A stretch of 64,000 bases of DNA. Source: a virus. Positions 8,676-18,318 of the stretch are shown here, piece by piece. The stretch is taken from the IMG/VR virus record IMGVR_UViG_3300028608_000012, positions 1-64,000 of that record; one strand, 5' to 3'. The notes under the pieces were generated by a model. That model was not told the DNA's origin and did not search any database. It worked only from the letters and a program-made list of their open reading frames with translations. Within the stretch, counting starts at the first letter, position 1, and each line of letters opens with the position of its first letter. The position numbers were made by a program, and so were the translations under genes.

Positions 8676-9101
8676 ATGGAAAATGAAGTACGTGTTGCTG
8701 AAGTCCTGATCCGTAAAGGTGAAGAGGGTTTCGAACTCAACTATGGTCGTCAGGTCATGGCTGAGTTGGATGGTATCAAGTTCTGTTCAGAGGACTGGTA
8801 TCTGAAGATGTTCGGTATTCCGTTTACTGTGGTGGAAGAAGTTCCAGAGTTCCTGCTGGACTTCAGGGTTGACGTTGAGCTGGGTAATGATAAAAAGATG
8901 ATGCACGTCTTCTCCAAGGAAGATCTGCGTCCTCTGGCTATCGCGTTCTCCAAGCACAACGGTGGTCGTTGGACAGGCGTGAGTCACAAGGCCCGCTGGT
9001 TGGAGACCTATCGTGACGGTCATGTAGAGAACGCTCATCAGACCATTGATGCGTTCTACCTCGACATGACCCCTGAGCAGATCGAACATTCCAAGTTCTG
9101 A
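8676..9101 (+). CDS. Hypothetical early protein, paralogue of 5735-6358
   Basis: Start reassigned to ATG 8676 (GGAG RBS, downstream of the promoter); 141 aa; ends FYLDMTPEQIEHSKF. Confidence 0.8.
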   Translation: MENEVRVAEVLIRKGEEGFELNYGRQVMAELDGIKFCSEDWYLKMFGIPFTVVEEVPEFLLDFRVDVELGNDKKMMHVFSKEDLRPLAIAFSKHNGGRWTGVSHKARWLETYRDGHVENAHQTIDAFYLDMTPEQIEHSKF

Positions 9102-9143
9102 TCTGCTTCATCGTCTCCCCCCACTTTGTAAAAGGATTCTGAA

Positions 9144-9512
9144 ATGAGCAATGAACTTAACACCCCTAGCCGTCGTCGCGTTATTGCTACCATGTATCGT
9201 GGTAAGTCCAAAGACGTCATCATGGCTAGACACTACAGCTACTTTGACACCGCCATGCCGCGCATGCTGCAATTGGCAATCAGCTACTGCAACGAAGGTG
9301 ACTTCATTACCTTTGACAGCGCTGAGTTCGGGCACCAGCTGGGTGTGCTACACATCCGCAAGGGTGGTCGTTTTGAAATGGAGATGAGCCCCCTGGTTAA
9401 GTCCAGTCCATCTCTGCTGAAGCTCATGAACGAAGACACCAACTACACTAACAGTTTGGTGACTGCGGCCATGAAGAAAGCTACCAGCAATCAGTCACGT
9501 TCCATTCACTAA
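9144..9512 (+). CDS. Hypothetical protein
   Basis: 122 aa; AAGGA RBS. Confidence 0.75.
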   Translation: MSNELNTPSRRRVIATMYRGKSKDVIMARHYSYFDTAMPRMLQLAISYCNEGDFITFDSAEFGHQLGVLHIRKGGRFEMEMSPLVKSSPSLLKLMNEDTNYTNSLVTAAMKKATSNQSRSIH

Positions 9513-9536
9513 TCCCAACTATCAAGGAGCAAGATC

Positions 9537-9809
9537 ATGGGTCAGGTCGTTCAGATGTTTGCAACTAAACCAACTAGCACTCCATTCGTCCGTAGCCAAA
9601 AAGCTATTGCGCTGGATAACAAGTTGAAGTTGTATCGCAAGATTGAGAACCTAGAGTTCGTCAAGAAAACATTTGTCGACCTGATCACGCAATTGGAGAA
9701 TCCAAAAGACTCCTTCGTGGCTCGGCAAATGGCAGCAGAAACTCAACGCGACATCGACAAAGCTGTAGCTGAGTTCACTGGTAAATACGGTTCACTCGAT
9801 AACTGGTAA
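9537..9809 (+). CDS. Hypothetical protein
   Basis: 90 aa; AAGGAG RBS. Confidence 0.75.
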   Translation: MGQVVQMFATKPTSTPFVRSQKAIALDNKLKLYRKIENLEFVKKTFVDLITQLENPKDSFVARQMAAETQRDIDKAVAEFTGKYGSLDNW

Positions 9810-9824
9810 CATTAGGAGATTTAA

Positions 9825-10046
9825 ATGAGCAAGTCTGAAATGATTCAGCTGGAATTCAATAACCTCCGCAAACTGGCTAATGAATTAAGGCCATGTGGTC
9901 ATAGTTTTTTGAAGCAGTCGTGGGATCGCAAAGGCGGGGTGTTCCGCATGAGCGTTGCACAACAAGTGGTCACGAATATCAGGGCTACTTGTGCCGATAT
10001 TCGGGAAAAGATGAACGTATTGCGAGCAGAAAGAAAGTTGATATGA
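9825..10046 (+). CDS. Hypothetical protein
   Basis: 73 aa; AGGAG RBS. Confidence 0.7.
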   Translation: MSKSEMIQLEFNNLRKLANELRPCGHSFLKQSWDRKGGVFRMSVAQQVVTNIRATCADIREKMNVLRAERKLI

Positions 10047-10070
10047 GAGCATTATAACTGGTAATCCTTA

Positions 10071-10104
10071 TACTCCTCCTAACCCATGTGGGTTAGGAGG
10101 AGTA
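10071..10104. terminator. Hairpin between convergent genes (bidirectional terminator candidate)
   Basis: Perfect 15-bp stem TACTCCTCCTAACCC/GGGTTAGGAGGAGTA. Confidence 0.75.
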
Positions 10105-10118
10105 CTCTGGACTATCTT

Positions 10119-11111
10119 TTATTTTTTGGTTTTGACTACGGCGCCTTCGATGATCTTGGCAATCTGACTGATGCAGTCACGGGCGTGTTCTGCGGTCTTG
10201 ATCACTTGCACAACACTGGCCATCGTGCGTTTAAGCTCGGTGATCTCTTCGATCAGTTCCTTCTTGTTGTACTGGCTGCTCTTGGCACCGTCGATCTTGG
10301 CTTGCGTATCGCTGATCGCATGCTGAGTCTCAGACTTCATCGCCTTGATAGTTTCCAGGCTGTTGTCTGTGGCTTCGAGGCAGCGGTGTGCGTAAGAAAC
10401 CCAGGCCTTGGATTCAGCCAAACCTTTACGTGGCTCCTTCATGCCTTTGAAACCGTTCAGGAACGTTTCGATAGCATGACCCAATACCTTGCGGTCACCA
10501 TTGGTTGTTGCATACTCTTCCTTGCGAGCATTCAGATCGAAGATCAGCTTGTTGAACGTTTTAGCCAGTTCGTTCAGCCGTGGCTTGTCGAGCAGTTCAG
10601 CTTCGAAGGTTTCCTTAATGAGGGCCGCTGTTGCCTGCTTAGCCTTGGCGGGTTCAGCCGCTTTGACTGCCTCGACCTTCTTCTTGAGTTCCTTTTTCTT
10701 CGGGCTCTCAGGAAGCTTGTCGATCTTCTTCTCTACCTGGGCAGCGACCGCTTTAACGTTCTCCTCGGTAACCTGTGGGGCTTCGACTTCCTTAATAGCC
10801 TCCTCGGCGGACTTGACGTCTTCCTTGGCTGCTTCGGAATCTTCCTTGTTCTTCTTGCCGAAGAAGAAATCCCAGATGTTCTTGAACATCTTCAGGATGT
10901 AATCCCAGGCGGCTTTGAGGCCGTCACCGATAGTGCTGAAGAAGCCTTCAGTACCGGTAACAGACGAACGAGTAATCTCGTTAGCGTCGAGTACACCGAT
11001 GACGTAGCGTTGTGCTTGGGTCAGGTCCAACGACTCGTTACCGCTGATGGAATCGATTACACCGTCCATCATGGTTTCAACGTGGCTTACTTCCGGAATT
11101 GTCTCGTACAT
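10119..11111 (-). CDS. Internal head (ejection) protein with cleavable propeptide
   Basis: 330 aa; acidic N-terminus, GTE|GFF..I...LK.AW..I..MF..IW.FF amphipathic helix typical of phiKZ-like head proteins. Confidence 0.65.
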   Translation of the reverse strand: MYETIPEVSHVETMMDGVIDSISGNESLDLTQAQRYVIGVLDANEITRSSVTGTEGFFSTIGDGLKAAWDYILKMFKNIWDFFFGKKNKEDSEAAKEDVKSAEEAIKEVEAPQVTEENVKAVAAQVEKKIDKLPESPKKKELKKKVEAVKAAEPAKAKQATAALIKETFEAELLDKPRLNELAKTFNKLIFDLNARKEEYATTNGDRKVLGHAIETFLNGFKGMKEPRKGLAESKAWVSYAHRCLEATDNSLETIKAMKSETQHAISDTQAKIDGAKSSQYNKKELIEEITELKRTMASVVQVIKTAEHARDCISQIAKIIEGAVVKTKK

Positions 11112-11126
11112 GGTGTAACTTCCTGA

Positions 11127-13973
11127 TTAGTTAAAAAGGGTTAAGGCACTGTTGGTCATCTTGAGGGGACGTCCAAGCAATTCTTCACTGATGTCCAGGG
11201 TCTCTTCACCGGTTACGTTAGCAAAGGCCACGTGACCTTCCATACGTCCCATCAGAGCATCCACCTGTTCTTTACTCCAGGCCAGGATGTCCAGACTACG
11301 GGTGGTGATGTTGAGCTTATCCCCGGTGTCCATATCCAGCATACGGAAGAAGCACTGCGCAGCGTCCTGTCCGGTACGCCAGATCCTTCCTTTCACTTGT
11401 CGCAACTCATGTTCCCGGAATGGGGAGTCCAGCCCGATGATCTGGTTAGCCATCAACAGAGGATAGCCTTCCTTCAGACTGTTATACACAGCCACCAGGG
11501 GGTTGACACGAGCGTCTTCACCAAACTTCTTGATCGTAGGTTCACGGTCGCTGCTGTTCTCGCCATACACCGATACAGGCTTGTAGCCCTGAGCAGACAG
11601 ATAGTCCACCGAGAGTTTCAAGGCTTCAACGTAAGAGGTGAAGATAACCGTCTTCTTCTCTACGTCGTCGATGTACTTAGGCAATTCGGCGTGAGCGATG
11701 AGGTCTTTGATGGCATTGATGCGGGCGCGACCCAAAACGTTACCCAGGGCCTCACCACGGATCTTCAGAGCCAGGTACTTAACAGCCGATTTCACGTTAC
11801 GGAACTCAGCCAGCTCAGGACCACGGATACCCCGTTCGATATCCTCCTCTACAGTCTTACAGAAGGCGCTGTCAGCCGCATCCGTAAAGTTGTTGTACCC
11901 TTGAGTGCGGAACCGATTAACGATTGCCTTGTAGCGTTGTAGGTCAGCCAGCTCTTTCGGGTGCTTCATGACCGTGTACTCATAGCGTTGAACTGTCTCG
12001 TTATAGAACACGATGAATTCAGCCATGTGTGCGTTATAGAAACGAACCCGCTCTATAATGTAGGTCTGCATCTCCAAACGAATGGCGTCCAAGGTGTACT
12101 TCTCCCCGTTAGGGATTTTAACCTTGATGATTTCAAACGGAGGAGGATCACCCATACCGGCTAGTTCAGGGATAGAGAACTTACCTCGACCAATACGGTT
12201 CGCCAACAACGAGATAAGCGCAGGACGGTTACGACCATAGCTCGCCATGAAGAAGTCCCTGGCGTGCCTGTCGAAGTGTTTGTCGATAAGGCAGGTGATG
12301 GGGTAGATCTCACTGCCAAGCGCCTTCAGCGGCGTCCCAGACATCGGTAGCGCATCTTCGAACAACCCATCGTCCGCCAGCTCCACCAAACGGCGAGTTT
12401 GCTTAGATTTGATATCGTTGAAGTTGTGCGACTCGTCGAGGATCAGACTGAACTTCTTCTTGTTGCGCTTCATGGCTTCATTAAACCATTTACGCAAGTG
12501 GTCGTAGTGATTGCCCTGGAGGAACTCGTAGTGCACGATGTAGTAGTCGTAGTCATCCGTCAACAAACGACCCGACGTAGACGTCCACACCCGAGGCATC
12601 TCTTTGAAGCGGGTCTTCATGTTACCGATCCACACTTCTTCCACGATGTTCAGTGGGCAGATGATGATGCACTTGTTGTCACTCACCAAGACCGACCACA
12701 TCAGCGAGGTGAAGGTGTTGTGCGTCACCACCCAGTCATCAACAATATACAGACAGTCTTCACTGTCAATACTGATGCAGGCAGTTTCAGCAACCGGTTG
12801 CTGTTGGATAGCCACCAACTTGAGCTGGAGGTTCTCGTATTGATGCAGATCAACGATCTCACCCAGCGGTACGCCCACTAGACTGTCTACCAGACCGACC
12901 ATATCACGGTGCTTGAAGTTCACCTTGAACAAAGTACCGAGGGGTTCCTGAGAAGCTATCCCACCAAGGCTCCACATGAGCTTCTGGAAGTTGCTGGCAC
13001 CATAGACGTTGTCCATGACCACCGACACACCCGCCTCGCTCAGATGGCACCCTGAACGCTCGATCATAAGCCTGGCAATCTCGTAACGATCCCCGTAGGA
13101 AAGTTCTGTCACTGGATCAGCCATATGTATACCAGCAGTCAGCAGTCCGGTGGCTATCTGGATTAAATCGAGTTCAGAAGGCGGAGTGTCTTCATTAACG
13201 TTTCCAACCAGAGGGATGTGATAACTGAACTGGTCGAAGTGATTAATGATGTCGCGGGTAGTGGTGACATAACGCTGACCTACGATATCACCTTGTTCGT
13301 CAACACCTGACTCAGCGACTTCCCACAGATGCAGGGGATGGGATTCAGCAGTGCGCCCGTCTTCAAAGGTAAAGCGGAAGTTCTCGGTAACACCCTGAGG
13401 GAAGTAACCGGTAACATTTGCGGTATTCCCCCTGGGTCCTATCACCTGGTCACCTATCTTAAGGTCACCAAGGCGCTTCCAGCCTCCCGGTACTTTAACC
13501 TGCGTGTGCAGGGGCATGGCCTTACCGCTACCTACCGCTGCGTCTAGCAGCAATCCTTTAAGGTGGTAGCTAGAACGAATGATTGGGTATTGCTCCAAGA
13601 ACTCACGTTGTTTAGGGAACGGGGGAGTGTTAAAGCGTTCCAGTTTCTTGAAGTCAAACTGTTTGCCGATGGGGTTGACAGTATCTTTAATCCAGGTTTC
13701 CGTTTCAAGCAGGTGCTTGAGTTCGGCTAGCTCTCTACGACGACTACGGAGGTTACGAACTTTCAGCAACTCTCCCAACACCAGATGCAGTTCTACCAAG
13801 AAGAAGTTATGAACCTTAATGGTGTCCCAGGTTTCCCTGCGGATCTGCCACTTGGTGATCAGGGAGCTGCTGTAGAACTTCTCAATGTCTCGTGCCAGTG
13901 CGCCGTATGAAACTCCTGTGATGTGTACAAAGACCCCAGTTTGCTTTACAGCAACTGAAAATAAGTTAAACAT
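11127..13973 (-). CDS. SNF2/SF2-type helicase containing an intein
   Basis: Walker A GSGK|T split by an insertion, DESH motif II, SGTP motif III, Q..GRIWRTGQ motif VI. Confidence 0.9.
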   Translation of the reverse strand: MFNLFSVAVKQTGVFVHITGVSYGALARDIEKFYSSSLITKWQIRRETWDTIKVHNFFLVELHLVLGELLKVRNLRSRRRELAELKHLLETETWIKDTVNPIGKQFDFKKLERFNTPPFPKQREFLEQYPIIRSSYHLKGLLLDAAVGSGKAMPLHTQVKVPGGWKRLGDLKIGDQVIGPRGNTANVTGYFPQGVTENFRFTFEDGRTAESHPLHLWEVAESGVDEQGDIVGQRYVTTTRDIINHFDQFSYHIPLVGNVNEDTPPSELDLIQIATGLLTAGIHMADPVTELSYGDRYEIARLMIERSGCHLSEAGVSVVMDNVYGASNFQKLMWSLGGIASQEPLGTLFKVNFKHRDMVGLVDSLVGVPLGEIVDLHQYENLQLKLVAIQQQPVAETACISIDSEDCLYIVDDWVVTHNTFTSLMWSVLVSDNKCIIICPLNIVEEVWIGNMKTRFKEMPRVWTSTSGRLLTDDYDYYIVHYEFLQGNHYDHLRKWFNEAMKRNKKKFSLILDESHNFNDIKSKQTRRLVELADDGLFEDALPMSGTPLKALGSEIYPITCLIDKHFDRHARDFFMASYGRNRPALISLLANRIGRGKFSIPELAGMGDPPPFEIIKVKIPNGEKYTLDAIRLEMQTYIIERVRFYNAHMAEFIVFYNETVQRYEYTVMKHPKELADLQRYKAIVNRFRTQGYNNFTDAADSAFCKTVEEDIERGIRGPELAEFRNVKSAVKYLALKIRGEALGNVLGRARINAIKDLIAHAELPKYIDDVEKKTVIFTSYVEALKLSVDYLSAQGYKPVSVYGENSSDREPTIKKFGEDARVNPLVAVYNSLKEGYPLLMANQIIGLDSPFREHELRQVKGRIWRTGQDAAQCFFRMLDMDTGDKLNITTRSLDILAWSKEQVDALMGRMEGHVAFANVTGEETLDISEELLGRPLKMTNSALTLFN
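12717..13520 (-). mobile_element. Intein, 268 aa, Ala1 start, class 3 (W-C-T), with degenerate LAGLIDADG remnant
   Basis: Starts AMPLHT after GSGK; HPLHLW in block B; TACISID in block F; ends VVTHN before Thr+1. Confidence 0.88.
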
Positions 13974-14011
13974 GAACTGCCTCCGATGGCACCCATTTAA
14001 AAAGAGGGAAA

Positions 14012-15604
14012 GTGATGAGCGAAGAAAAGAAAGCAGGACCGGCTGGCAGTGTTGCTATTAAAAGCTTGCTGGAGAATCCAGTTGACTTCTCTCAACAGTC
14101 GGTTGAGCTGGCCGGCTACGTCGCGCCTACCTACGAAAACGGTGTGGCCAATGGTTTCGTAGGTGCCGACGAAGAATGGAACGAACTGGTAGCCAAGACT
14201 CGCGCAGAAGCGCCTAAAGAAGGTTACATCGAGCAGATGGTTGTTGAAACCCACACCCCAGAAAGCACCATGGAACTGCTGAAAGAAATGACCACTCCAA
14301 AAGAAGGCGAAGATACCGCCGCGATTAAAGTTGGTCAGGTGGAAAGCTTTGCCAGCAGCACCAAAGAAGCCAATCTTGCCGCAAAGATCGCCAGCGCGTT
14401 GCACTCGCTGCCTCAGATCTTCCCCATGACCGATCGCGGTATGACCCAACCAACACCAGGCTGGGTGAAGTCGCTGCTCAAGTTCTATCAACTGGCGGTT
14501 ACCGACATCCCCGTCACCAAGGTAGAAGTGGATCCTTCTGCTGGCGGTGTGATGTATCCGGCTGACCTGCGCATCTTCCGTTATGCCGGTATGGACGGTG
14601 ATCAGGAAGTTACCTGGTTCCGGTTCCAAGTGGGTGAGCAATCGCGGTCGTTTGTTGTGTTGTCCAAAGACGTACCTACATTCCTCGGTCAGATGACTGA
14701 AGAAGATCCAATGGTGTGGACCCATAAACGACGCCATTCGGAGAAGGGCTTCTTCCTGAATGTGACCCAGGCACCTATAGAGTTGCCGTTGAGCTTCTTC
14801 CCAATGGAGTTCAGTAAAGGTCCGCTGGATGACCTGTTCGATGGTGACTTCACCGTGGTGCGTGATGTCATTGAACGCCTGAACGAAGACCTCCGTGGCC
14901 GTCTGTCGGAACTCAACCGCTTCGCCATGAAACTGGCCGACCAGATCAAGGAAAAGGACCACGACCTCTACCTGAGCTTCAAGGGCGTCAACGGCCTGAA
15001 GGCGATGAACGTTGCGCTGGATCGTGTCTATCCAAAGCTGCCTGAATCCGGTGAGATCGTTCTGGGTGATGAGCCGATCAACATCTTCGAGTGGGCTGAC
15101 TACAGCAAAGTTGTTCAGGTCAACATCAAGCGGCTCAGCCACGGCACTCGCCAGATCAACCGCATGTTCGAACGTTACCGTGCGATGATCAATCCACATC
15201 CAGCTATCCAGGAGATCTTTGATACCAACCTCAAAGAACAACTGATGGCTTCCAGTCACTTCCTCAACCGTGTGTATGGTTTCTCGCCTACCTACGGTGT
15301 GAAGTACATGGAAGAAGTGGCCAACGAAGTGATCGGCAAGCTGAACGCTCACGGCGGTGCTATCGGTCTGGACCTGAATGAGTGGGTCGTTTACGAGTAC
15401 CACGAAGAAGGTCGTCCTACTCCAATCGAAAGTGAAGAGCTGGACTTCAAGAAGCAGATCCTCAACAGCTACACACAGAGCTTCGTAGACGCCATCTACG
15501 GCTACCTGCTCGACGTACAGAACCCGTACATCAAACCGTACACCTACCGTGAAGTAGTGGAAGGTGACGACGGTATTGAAGTAGGTTCGATCCGTCAGGT
15601 GTAA
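14012..15604 (+). CDS. Hypothetical protein, 530 aa
   Basis: Long ORF with strong codon bias; GAGGG RBS; followed by a hairpin. Confidence 0.85.
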   Translation: MMSEEKKAGPAGSVAIKSLLENPVDFSQQSVELAGYVAPTYENGVANGFVGADEEWNELVAKTRAEAPKEGYIEQMVVETHTPESTMELLKEMTTPKEGEDTAAIKVGQVESFASSTKEANLAAKIASALHSLPQIFPMTDRGMTQPTPGWVKSLLKFYQLAVTDIPVTKVEVDPSAGGVMYPADLRIFRYAGMDGDQEVTWFRFQVGEQSRSFVVLSKDVPTFLGQMTEEDPMVWTHKRRHSEKGFFLNVTQAPIELPLSFFPMEFSKGPLDDLFDGDFTVVRDVIERLNEDLRGRLSELNRFAMKLADQIKEKDHDLYLSFKGVNGLKAMNVALDRVYPKLPESGEIVLGDEPINIFEWADYSKVVQVNIKRLSHGTRQINRMFERYRAMINPHPAIQEIFDTNLKEQLMASSHFLNRVYGFSPTYGVKYMEEVANEVIGKLNAHGGAIGLDLNEWVVYEYHEEGRPTPIESEELDFKKQILNSYTQSFVDAIYGYLLDVQNPYIKPYTYREVVEGDDGIEVGSIRQV

Positions 15605-15616
15605 AGACCACGACTA

Positions 15617-15648
15617 CCTCTAACAGCCCTTGTGGGGGCTGTTAGAGG
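15617..15648. terminator. Hairpin between convergent genes
   Basis: 13-bp stem CCTCTAACAGCCC/GGGCTGTTAGAGG. Confidence 0.7.
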
Positions 15649-15661
15649 CGTTATGGCTGCA

Positions 15662-16426
15662 TCAGGTTGGAACTGGTATTGGCGGTAAGCTTGCTGCCAC
15701 CAATGCAGCGTTAGCCTCTAGGAGTGCTGCTTTCATTGCGGCGGTTTTAGCTTTCTCTGTGACGACGTTAGCCTTCTCAGTAGTCAGCTCTGCCTTGGTC
15801 TGTATCAGGTCAGCTTCCAGTTTAGCGATGTACGCATCCTTGGAAGCCACCTTAAGAGTCAAGGCTCTGTTCTTCGCCACGTCGTTGCTAGTGTCGGTGA
15901 TCAGGCCCTTACGTGTATTCTCATACGCGGTAGCTTGAGCCTGGCTCACATACCCAACCGTTGGAACGGTACCCAGCCTGACCACTGAGGAGATCCCCAG
16001 AGTAGCTTGGATGTACTGCTTGGTGTGATCCAGCACCTGTTCCATTGCTTGCGCCATGGATGGCGGTACAGGACCCAGGTCAGCAATCATGCACATGCGT
16101 TCGTACGACACACCATCTACCAACGGGAACGAAGTCAGATAGGTGGTCGGTACGTAAACAGGAAGCCCATTACGATCCAGCAAAGCACAGATGATCGCAC
16201 CAGCATCTCTTGCGCGTTTAAGCACTACTGGAAAGTCTTCAGGTGTAACCCCAACTGGTGCAAACACCAGCGTGTAAAGATCCAGCTTAGCCCCTTCCAT
16301 CTCGTGGATGGTTCGAGTGGCCTCTACCGTATAAAAGGTAGACTGGTTTACAATCTGGTCAAATGGAGCAGCAGCTTCGAAACGCCCCGCCGCATTAATA
16401 GCGGGGATCATGTTTTGATCAGCCAT
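15662..16426 (-). CDS. Conserved jumbo-phage protein with C-terminal coiled coil (probably virion)
   Basis: 254 aa; coupled to the upstream gene. Confidence 0.7.
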   Translation of the reverse strand: MADQNMIPAINAAGRFEAAAPFDQIVNQSTFYTVEATRTIHEMEGAKLDLYTLVFAPVGVTPEDFPVVLKRARDAGAIICALLDRNGLPVYVPTTYLTSFPLVDGVSYERMCMIADLGPVPPSMAQAMEQVLDHTKQYIQATLGISSVVRLGTVPTVGYVSQAQATAYENTRKGLITDTSNDVAKNRALTLKVASKDAYIAKLEADLIQTKAELTTEKANVVTEKAKTAAMKAALLEANAALVAASLPPIPVPT

Positions 16427-16428
16427 GA

Positions 16429-17775
16429 TTATTCTTCCACTACGCCGTCAGTCAGCATTTGATACTTCGTCAGCACCAGGATTTTAACCTTACCAACACG
16501 CTTTGCAACGTAGGTCTGGCCGAAGCGTTCAACACGGGTGATACCTTGAGGCGGCAGGCTGATAGGGGTTACCGTTTCAGCAGCAGCCAACAGACCTTCC
16601 ATCTCACGGACGAACTCCATGGTCACACCATTCATCAGATCGAAATCCGTGTCGAGTGGCGAGATCAGGGAATAGTCAGGGAACAACGCCGTGATCTTTT
16701 CCATGCCTTCACGGTTGTTCAGCTTAGCCACAAAGGCACAGTTGAGCGACTTGTAAAGGAAGGGAACTTCCTGCATCGATTTTATGACGTGTGCCGGCGT
16801 CATGTTCGGTGTTAGGTAGCGGTCAACCAGCGCCATCATGGTTTCACGATCGGTGATTGGCGAGTACTGCTTAGCGCCGTTGGTCTTGTTTGTCAGGCCA
16901 TAGCGGTCGAAGTTCGGGATGACGTAGAACTCGAGCGGGTTGAACAGGTCTGGGATCTTCTCTTCCCAACGCGGTCGACCGAACTCGGAGTTGTCGAGGA
17001 TTTCTTGTTGCAGTTGATCGAACAGCTGATCTTCCGCATCCTGACCGTTACCCCACCAGATGAAGGTCCAGCTACCGATGTTTACATTCGGGGTGTTGAT
17101 GAGGTCCACGATTGGGAACTCAAGAACATCACGGTCGGTATAGGGCCATGCACTTTGGTTGTTCAGGGTCTTCAGGCGATCTTCGATAACCTTCGGAGTT
17201 TCCAGCGCCAGCCGAGCAGCAATCTGCTGGTAGTTGGCGTTCATCAGGAAATCCATTTCCCCTAAAGGAAGCGGATGTACTGCGGTGAACTTCACACGTG
17301 GAAACTGATCCTGGAAGTAGGCGTCAGCAAACCAGAGGTAGAACTCTTGTTTCTCGCCACCAGCTACAATGTGATTACCGTGCACAAAGCTCGGGAGCCA
17401 GATCGCATTGTTGGTTGCCATTTCGCCGATGTCGGTAATTTCGATATCGTTCGAGAAGTTGGCTTGCAACAGGGCCAGTGTGTTGGGACGGCTGCTGGTG
17501 ATGTTACCGAGTTTGGCTTGGGCATAAAGCCAGTCACCCATGCCAATTTGGCGTAAGGCAATTGTGGTCGACATCTTGACTTCGACGTTATCCGTAGTCG
17601 TCAGGAAGTTAACCAGTTCGGTAACTGTAGCACCGTCTGTTTTTGTAAAGGTCCCAGGGTCACGTTGGTAACTTCTGGATTTATTAGAAAGCTCTCCCAA
17701 AGGAGCGGCATTCTCTGGATTGTTGTTATAAAGTGGTGATATACTACCGAAAGACAAATACCTTGTAACGCTCAT
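16429..17775 (-). CDS. Virion structural protein (phiKZ gp157-like)
   Basis: About 448 aa; APLGELS and IPDLFNPLEFYVIP motifs; syntenic with the RNase H-like gene and uvsX. Confidence 0.6.
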   Translation of the reverse strand: MSVTRYLSFGSISPLYNNNPENAAPLGELSNKSRSYQRDPGTFTKTDGATVTELVNFLTTTDNVEVKMSTTIALRQIGMGDWLYAQAKLGNITSSRPNTLALLQANFSNDIEITDIGEMATNNAIWLPSFVHGNHIVAGGEKQEFYLWFADAYFQDQFPRVKFTAVHPLPLGEMDFLMNANYQQIAARLALETPKVIEDRLKTLNNQSAWPYTDRDVLEFPIVDLINTPNVNIGSWTFIWWGNGQDAEDQLFDQLQQEILDNSEFGRPRWEEKIPDLFNPLEFYVIPNFDRYGLTNKTNGAKQYSPITDRETMMALVDRYLTPNMTPAHVIKSMQEVPFLYKSLNCAFVAKLNNREGMEKITALFPDYSLISPLDTDFDLMNGVTMEFVREMEGLLAAAETVTPISLPPQGITRVERFGQTYVAKRVGKVKILVLTKYQMLTDGVVEE

Positions 17776-17805
17776 AACTCTCACCTCTTCAGTAAGGATG
17801 GTCCC

Positions 17806-18258
17806 ATGTTAGCGGTCTTTAGAGAGCTAACCAACAGATCTATAGAATTTGTCCTCTCGTTGACAAAGGGTGAAACGCTTGAAGAGCAATTGACGTCTGC
17901 CTTAAAGACTCTGATCTTCGGGATAACAGTCCTTATGTTTGTGGTGACCAGTCTTGCGATTGCGAACTTCAACATGCGTACTGAACTCGTGGACATGGAG
18001 TCGGGGATATCTAAAGTAAACCTTTTGTTCGATGGGGATAACGGCGGACCTATCAAAGGGTTCATCAGAATCAACGACATGCTGGCAGGTCAGAACGTGG
18101 CCTTAAAGCAAGAAAACATCCTGTTCCTCAAGACCAACACTCGTCTGTTTGAGCAAAACCATTGGTTGCGTTTGCAGTTGCTCCAAACGCTCGACGAGAA
18201 CGAAATCTTGCGTAAAAACAACAAAGCGCTGATTGATCTCGTCCCTCGTAAACGGTGA
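17806..18258 (+). CDS. Single-TM protein with C-terminal coiled coil
   Basis: 150 aa; TM LIFGITVLMFVVTSLAIA followed by heptad-like repeats. Confidence 0.7.
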   Translation: MLAVFRELTNRSIEFVLSLTKGETLEEQLTSALKTLIFGITVLMFVVTSLAIANFNMRTELVDMESGISKVNLLFDGDNGGPIKGFIRINDMLAGQNVALKQENILFLKTNTRLFEQNHWLRLQLLQTLDENEILRKNNKALIDLVPRKR

Positions 18259-18318
18259 TATGTTTCTTCACCCTGGAACCCATTAATGTGTAACTACACC
18301 TCTTAAGGGCACATCACA

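Noticed and set aside
6764-9570. Similar N-termini MGEVVYM (6764) and MGQVVQM (9537)
   Set aside because: Too short to support paralogy; the rest of the proteins do not visibly align
14820-14860. DDLFDGDF in the 530-aa ORF resembling the RNAP DFDGD motif; the ORF was also considered as chimallin
   Set aside because: First Asp is mis-spaced and no other RNAP motifs are present; no recognisable chimallin features or expected gene context
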